This document shows positions 56,713 to 64,000 of a stretch of DNA of 64,000 nucleotides, in pieces (positions within the stretch are counted from its first letter, which is position 1; every line of letters begins with the position of its first letter). This DNA comes from Mizuhopecten yessoensis (lineage: Eukaryota): NCBI RefSeq assembly GCF_002113885.1, contig NW_018408528.1, positions 511,252 through 575,251 on the forward strand. Reading direction: 5' to 3'. The translations under genes and the position numbers were made by a program. The notes beneath the pieces are model-generated. The model had not been told where the DNA came from, made no database searches, and was given only the letters and a program-made list of their open reading frames with translations.

Positions 56713-59700
56713 ACATTCTATGAAAAATAATAATAACTAGCTTTGTTCAGTTTCTCTAGAAAAGTGATTATGTGTTATGGATACTGAGTGAGACTATATT
56801 GAATGTTGCCAAATTACCATTATTAGCTCTGAATAAGCCAAAGACAGGGAATGTATACCATGATAAGACACTGTACACTGGTACGTACATGCAGTACTTG
56901 TTAGTGACCGCTTAGCTAATTGTACACGTCATATGTACATATTATGTCCTTTAAACAGAGGGGCTATAATCATGATTTGGGAATTTGAAACAGACCTATT
57001 AATATTTGGCCTTGAAATAGTTTAATGTTTAATTGGTAAAAGTCAATGTATTTCAATCATGATATACATGTATAGCCTTACCGTTTTATGATGTGATCAA
57101 TTAATTGCATTACACTTGTACATATATGTCAATTACATTATAAGTGTGGAAGCCCGATTTCTATGAATATTGATATGTCTATAATTACATCTATCACTCT
57201 GTGCATCTCTTATCAATGCTCTGATAGAGTACAGATAATAACATAACCATCAAATAATTAATTCAATGTTCCCAGTCAGTATAATCAAATGCTGTATACA
57301 CATATACTGATACCAAAATTGTTGACCCAATTACTTTGTTATAGAAGGACGGACTGTATCTGTGATTATAAGTTTCTATTTATTGTAATATAATTATATT
57401 TATGTATAATACCTATAAACTAAAGCTTCCATTTAATTTAGTACACCTTAGACCTAGGAAAACTTAAAACCAAAGATCCTGTGTATACACTACAGGTGTA
57501 AATAATAAGGAACTAGCAGAGTTATAAATACCTGGAATGGAATCCAATTACCTGTCACTCTAATCTCATTAAACCATAATCTACCTTAAATAGTATAACA
57601 ACAACTTTGTGTACCTAGACAGATTGGAGTGTTATATTTATGGAGGAAGTATAATATAGCTGAAGGCTTTGCTTTTTATCCTCTCACAGAACTTTAATAA
57701 ATAGGTTCTGATGTAATCACGTCAGTGAAATTCCTTAGCATTAATATGTACGTATTGATCAATCGACTTAAGTACAATTTAATGTGACACAATTACTTTC
57801 TTTTCCATTTAGTTTTGCAAACATTACTCTCTGATCTTTTAGGGGATCTATGCTCTTGGTCAAACATAATGCGATGTGCTTCAACAAGATCAGTCAGGTT
57901 TATATAGAGAAAAACAGTGGTTAAAAGGTTAAATTTTCAGAGGCTTTGAACTAAATCTATGTTTGGAAAATGTCAAAAGGATACGAAATATGAAAACATC
58001 TGTTAAGATTTTCTAACAACACTATAAAGTTTAGGCTCGCTAATGAAATAAATGACCTTCATACATTTTTACCTTTATATTTTCATGTTTTATCAGACTA
58101 CCCGAAAGAAAAACAACACTATTTTCACATGAGGCTAACCAAACTGAACATGGCACTAATAAAGAGAATCTCGTAATCAAATAAGCTGCAGCCAAGTCAA
58201 TTGATATCACATTATCATCTCCTAATTCAGTAACCTAATTCAGTAACATCCTTTGAAAATATAATAATAAACAGAACACCCTTATTTCTTTGTGCACACC
58301 AGTTGTATTTAAACTTGTGTGATTACCTGGTAATACTTTTGTTATATTTTTCATCTAGAAAAAAAGGGAATCTTCTTTATCTAATAGACAGTGTGAAATC
58401 AGTGAACGAAACATTCCAGCAAACAGTTCTTGTCAGATATCACAAAATGTAACCATTTCATCACAATTAAGACCAAGTTACTGAAATTAACAGACATTTT
58501 TGATATCTAAGTCTGTGTTAGAACACATACATCAGATTATATATGTATCAAAAACAGAGGTATGAGCTATGAACTAAAGAATTAAAAAAAAGTCACTAGC
58601 AAACGAATCAATATTACCTTACATTTGTAGTAAATATATCCTTTCAGGTATACTCATGTTTGTTTTTATTTATAAACACAATCAGACATTGCTTAATTTT
58701 AATTTGGGTGATGAACTCTAGCTGTTAATCATTAAAGTGCTGTAGATTGATAACACTGACAAATGCCTAGGATTTGATCAGTAAATAATTATTGTAATAC
58801 ATATTTTGTGAAGAGCTGCAAGTCTGTTGAAATATGTTTTAGATATGTGTTGTATTAGTAAATGCTAAATTTATATAGAGGTTGACATAGAGAATTCATA
58901 TAAAAATGTTATCCTTAATGTATATATGTACCTTTACCTTTATATATGTGGTTCACCCTCTGGTCAGATGAATATATTTATCCATCATCACATTTTATAA
59001 ATGACAGAGACTTGACCAGTGTAAAAGGTCATGCAGCGATAAACATCCCAAGGCACTGTCCATATGACAGATCCAAATCAAGGTAAATGTAGGTTACAAA
59101 TCCCAGCACAACTTTCCCATGGAGTATATTCACTAACGCAATTATAGAGGATGGGCAGCGTTTTAGTCCAGCCCTGCATGCGTAATTGATACACATATAC
59201 AGTTACACACACTAGAATGTATCAGAGGTCTAACTAATGCATGATGGACAGGCCGGTCACCCACAGGTAACACAGGTTACCTGTGCAGGTATAAACCCCT
59301 AGCTGTGTAAACACTGGGGCCTCCCTGTGGTCACTCCAATTACAGACTGCGTACTTGAGATAGCACTAATACCCTGTACAGACAGTCTTTGTTTTCCTAA
59401 TAAGACTAGCTGTTGTAGAGTTTACCTGGGTAGATTTACAGCCTTATCTGTGGACTGGGACAGGATTAGGATCAATGGACTCTCGTGGGCTGTTTGATAA
59501 CTGGGCAGTACCATGTGGGCTGACACATTATGATTAACTTGTTTTCACAAATATTCGGCTATGCTAAAAGTGTGGTACTTATATTGAATCATTTTTGGAT
59601 TTCAAGAACACAAGTAATTTTGTATAAATAATTTTGAGAGTGTCACAGATGGTGAATTCCTTTCCTATTTCATCATTTCTTAACAATATTTTATCCTTGC

Positions 59701-61064
59701 GGTTCATGATATTTTATATATTTACTGACAACTTAATCATTACTTTTGCAGAACAGCTTATTAATTGACAAACAAATCTACTGTTGTATCACGGAATTAG
59801 ATTAGTTATCTAAGTCCGTGGTTGTATTGTATAATTTTAACAATCCATTTGGTTCTTTTTATTTTAACACTTTATAAAAAGCATTGGAAAATCATGGCAA
59901 AAGTCTGAGGACGTTTAAATTGAGGAAGCTCTTTTATTTATGTTTTTTTATAGTTTCTAAATTCAAACTTCTTTAATAATAAAACAGGAATTCACTTCCA
60001 GGTGATAGTTTACAAAAGTATTTGTCATCTTGCACAAGAAAAGGAAAACAGATCTTACAAAGATAACTCAATTACCATATACAGTTGGGCTCGTGCTTCA
60101 ATATTGAATAAGCTAGGACCCATTTTTTTCAAAAGCATGTATTTTTATTAGAAAGATTGCTCAACAGCACGTAGGTGGAAACATCTGTCTCAAAAAAAAA
60201 AGTTGCCTAACTGCGATAAAAAATCATTATCAAATGTTTTAATGACAATCAATCCACCAAAATATCTGAAGTCAGAATCAAAAGAGAATTATAAACTTGA
60301 CCAAGACATTACATTGATCAATACATTTTTTTGACTGCACGGTCACTACTTAAAATAAAGCTAACATTTTAATACATTTTCCTGTCCATAGTTAATAGTT
60401 CTTTCAATAGAAATATGACTATAGTATGCATGAATAATTGTTTTACCACTTACATTCAAACTGCAACCTCCAAGGAACATATGTAATAATCAAACAATCA
60501 AGCTCTATTGTTTAAACTTGAAATCAAAAGTAATGGGAAATATAATTACAGCCTATAACCAACACTACATGAATGACTTTACCCCTGCTCCCATACAAAC
60601 TTTTGGCGGGTCAGCATATCTAAAAGCGGCGTCTTTAGGTCTCGAAGGGATTATGTATGCTTTATATTTTCTCTTACCACTATTTTTGTGTTTGTCATTA
60701 CTGTCTTTTACAAAAGACATTATTCCCAACACAACTATTTACAAGCCAATTCAGTGCTTAGGAGAAGAAAAAGAAAAAATTGAAATGCACAGACTCGGCT
60801 TCAAGCCCAGGACCTAGTGAGTCAGAATTGAAAATGGATTGATATGCTACCAATAGAGCGACCCAGTCCTGTTCCGCTACACAATTAAGCAATTTTGAAT
60901 TCTTGCTTTAATTTGTTTACCGAGTACCCCTTCAAGTACATGCTCCTAGAAACAGTCATCTGGCCTTATTTTTGGAGTTTTCATCCCTTTATAGACTGTT
61001 TCTGCTCTAGCTTCATCATCTTGCTGGACAGGAATTAACTCTGTGTGGAGTGTGTAATTCTAAC

Positions 61065-61208
61065 GGTAACGGGTTGTTTCGCCCTAAATCCCATTCGCGC
61101 TGAGGGTTGTTTCTCCCTATTTTTTTTTAATTCATACAATAATATCATAAAACATTAGGGCAAAACAATCTAGGACGAACAGGATTTTGGGCGAAACAAC
61201 TCGGAACC
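61065..61208. mobile_element. MITE with long imperfect TIRs
   Basis: GGTAACGGGTTGTTTCGCCC...GGGCGAAACAACTCGGAACC with nested inverted subrepeats. Confidence 0.65.
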
Positions 61209-61774
61209 ATTCCTGCGACATGCTGCAAGCTTACCTTACATGCTATAACTTTATCAGCAAAGCAAATAATCATACATCTAAAACCACTTATTTCATTGTT
61301 TCACATTTTTTTGTGTATGGACAGTCACATCCAATAGCTTTACAATTTTAGATGTTAACCTATGATCTACTTACAACATCACATAAATCTACCCTGGTAC
61401 TGTGGTATACATGTATACCAATCAATATGGTCAACTTTTGACAAACGCGTACTCACCTTCTAAATGGAGACGTCAAACGGATGGTATGTCAACAATGTCT
61501 AGACGTCTTTAATTGAGCAATAGCCACCCATCGTTCTAACGATTACACAACGTTACATCCGATTACCACAACATAAACCCCCATCACAGGTGAATCACCT
61601 ACTTTGGATCATAGATCTGTCATCGGCAATCAAGCGATACACTGTCACTTTAATTTCATTTTTTTTACTATGAATAAACTTATCAAACTTTAAAGTTATT
61701 TTTATCTTTTATCAGTGCAGCAAACTCGATTCAACTTAACATGATAAACGACTTTTAAAACTCCAAATACATAC

Positions 61775-61988
61775 CTGGTTCCTTATCTTCCGACTTTCAT
61801 CTCTATACCTGCTTGTTGATTACTCTAACTTCCGGCGAATACTACGCCTAAGTTGATGACGTAAAACACGCAGCGGCTATTCAAGAGAAAAACCTAGAGA
61901 GATTCCGTATGCGTCATAGGAACACCTCTGGACTATACATGTGGTCGTTTGGTGGTAACCTGTTTACAAACAGCTAAAACTTCAATAT
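61775..61988. promoter_or_regulatory. Putative bidirectional promoter with divergent non-coding first exons (RASSF / RNF141-like)
   Basis: Local CpG enrichment, ETS site ACTTCCGG, CRE-like TGACGTAA and TGCGTCA. Strong outward-facing donors: CAG|GTATGT (-, 61775) and TAT|GTAAGT (+, 61988). Confidence 0.5.
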
Positions 61989-63849
61989 GTAAGTTATTTG
62001 TGTGGATTTGATCAAAATTAGGAGTTTTGAGCGAACGCTAAGACATCTTTGTGAATGCTTTTGGAGTCATAACATCGAATTATTTAGTTTTTTAACATGA
62101 ATGGCAGTATTGTGAAATCGTGTTATGATCTGATGATGGATGCATGACACTTGAAACGTCTTGAGTAACAACAGCTTCAATATTTTTTTTAGACTACTCT
62201 ACATTGTCAGAACACATTGCATTCAAACAAATAGTTGAAACATATTTCTGAAGATAACCAAAGTGTAACAGCCGACATTTAATTACACATTCAAAACAAT
62301 TACTTGCTATGTTTCTAACCTGGGAGTTCCTTCCTATTTGTCACTCTGGTAAACACTAGCCATTTCTTTCTGACTCTGCTAGAAAGAAATCATTTTTAGA
62401 TCTATCTCTTTAGAGCATCAGGGTATTAAGTCAGAGGTCCAGGGTTCGTCACACCCATCGGAGGCAATGCAAAAAGGTATAAGACCGCTGTTATATCTGT
62501 AGCAGAACTGTGATGGAATGGGTCAGTGTCTTCAGGAGCAAAGACTTAGAAAAAGGAGGGAGGACTGTAGTTTTGCTGGGTCGAGCACACGTAACAAGAT
62601 TTCCAAATCCAGTCTGGCCATTTTCATCTCCATTTAGTGGTGCCTCTTATCTGCATGCAACCATTTTTTTCGATTACAGGGTGTACACTTGGCAATATAT
62701 CTGTCTGCATTCTCAGAGTTGTAGCCGTTTCTCTTCACTATCCTGTCTTGCCCAAGTCAATATTTTGAAATCCATCAGTGCATCAAACAAACTCTACAGT
62801 TCAGAGACAAAACAAAAGTTACATTGATTGAATAAATATTGACAACCTAGCTGTCTATAAATGACAGCTTTAATATAAGTCTGAACAAATTGTCTGTTAA
62901 CTTAAGTAATAGTTCCTAGAGTAAAACAATCAAAACTTAAGTAAGATGACAACCTGTCTATAAAATTAAAATAAAACACAACATCAGCTAGCAATGAACA
63001 ATTCTCAGCTCAAAATTGATGTGAAAGGATAAAACAGGAGCTGATAAGACATGGTAAACAATAATGAAATGCTGTTCTGAGACACTAAAATAGAAATGAA
63101 AAACAACAGAAAAAAGAAGACATGAAGATTTTGTTTAAGAAAAAACAATAGAAGGAATTGAAGAGTCATCAAAACATAAGGAAGCCAACAACATGAACAA
63201 AGGGAACATCAAAACAAAAGGAAAACCAACAATTTAAAAATGTGGGAGACTCCAAAACAAAAGGGAAGACAACAATAGAGACAAGGGAGACAACAATTCA
63301 AAATGAAACACAACAGCAGAATCCTAGGTGACATCAAAACTAAAGGAAATACTGTGGAAAAGATCAATTGAAGAGGCATAAAAAAGACATTTACCTACAA
63401 AAAATCCAAGAGGTCAAACCAAGTTGTCAAAAAGGGTGTAATTGAATGTATCTGGAACTCATTTCTATGTCTCCAAACAAATCTAGGCAGGTATTAAAAA
63501 CAATGTAGCTCTTTGGATACTAAAAACATGTACATCTGGATGAAGAAGACCAGCTGTTTTTGTGGAAAAGCTTTCCATAGTGTAAAGGACAGCTCCCACA
63601 GTGAATTCATCTTCTGATCCACTAAGTAACTACAGGATTATGTCGAACTGGTATTGTATGTCACATCTAGAAATAGTGAGGAGGACATTATTTTTTTATA
63701 GATTAACCCTTTACATAAAACTGCATCTGTCTGTGGACACTTCCATGCTCTGTTATAGACAGGTGTCATTTGTGTTCGTAAAGTTTTTATTTACTCTTTT
63801 TCTTGCAGAGTCGACTTAGTGAAAGTTATGGTGTCTTAGCTAGAGCAAC

Positions 63850-63995
63850 ATGGGCCAGGGAAAAAGTTTTCCTGACCCAGAGAAGACGGTGGGACTTATG
63901 CATGGAAAGCTTAAATTACATTTGGGGGTCATCACAAAGATCGCCAAGCTGTCGTATGAAGACCTCATACAATCTGTAAAGGATATCAATGAACT
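63850..63995 (+). CDS. RNF141: First coding exon of an RNF141-like RING finger protein (partial; exon starts 63809)
   Basis: Polypyrimidine+GCAG acceptor, AACATGG start, MGQGKSFPDPEKTVGLMHGKLKLHLGVITKIAKLSYEDLIQSVKDINE(L), then GTAAG. MGxxxS myristoylation motif; LSYEDL...DINEL resembles RNF141 LTYEEF...ELNDV (from memory). Confidence 0.7.
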
Positions 63996-64000
63996 GTAAG

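Overview
AT-rich eukaryotic genomic DNA with spliceosomal introns. The repeat families and the homeobox type suggest a bivalve mollusc (inference). Most ORF-track entries are spurious. Genes, left to right: (1) an intronless, divergent TALE-class homeobox gene (3926-5017, +). It lies antisense inside what appears to be a >6.8 kb intron of CTR9. (2) CTR9, a PAF1-complex TPR protein (- strand): 15 coding exons were reconstructed by hand (22882->6795, ~653 aa) and the gene continues left of the window. Exons 1-3 appear twice in a 4.6 kb near-identical block that is probably an assembly artefact. (3) An N-terminal RASSF (RASSF7/8-like) gene (-, 3 coding exons, 657 aa) with a uORF whose stop overlaps the start codon (TAATG). 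(4) The first coding exon of an RNF141-like gene (+) at the right edge, probably head-to-head with RASSF at a shared promoter near 61.8 kb. Notable repeats: a complete 369-bp miniature LTR element (TSD, PBS, PPT) whose LTRs carry tRNA A/B boxes; three tandem arrays built from coding-exon edges that multiply a stop codon, a splice donor and a splice acceptor; Helentron-type non-autonomous elements; tRNA SINEs; MITEs; and 18-, 25-, 31- and 48-bp satellites. Homology calls are from memory and no database search was run.
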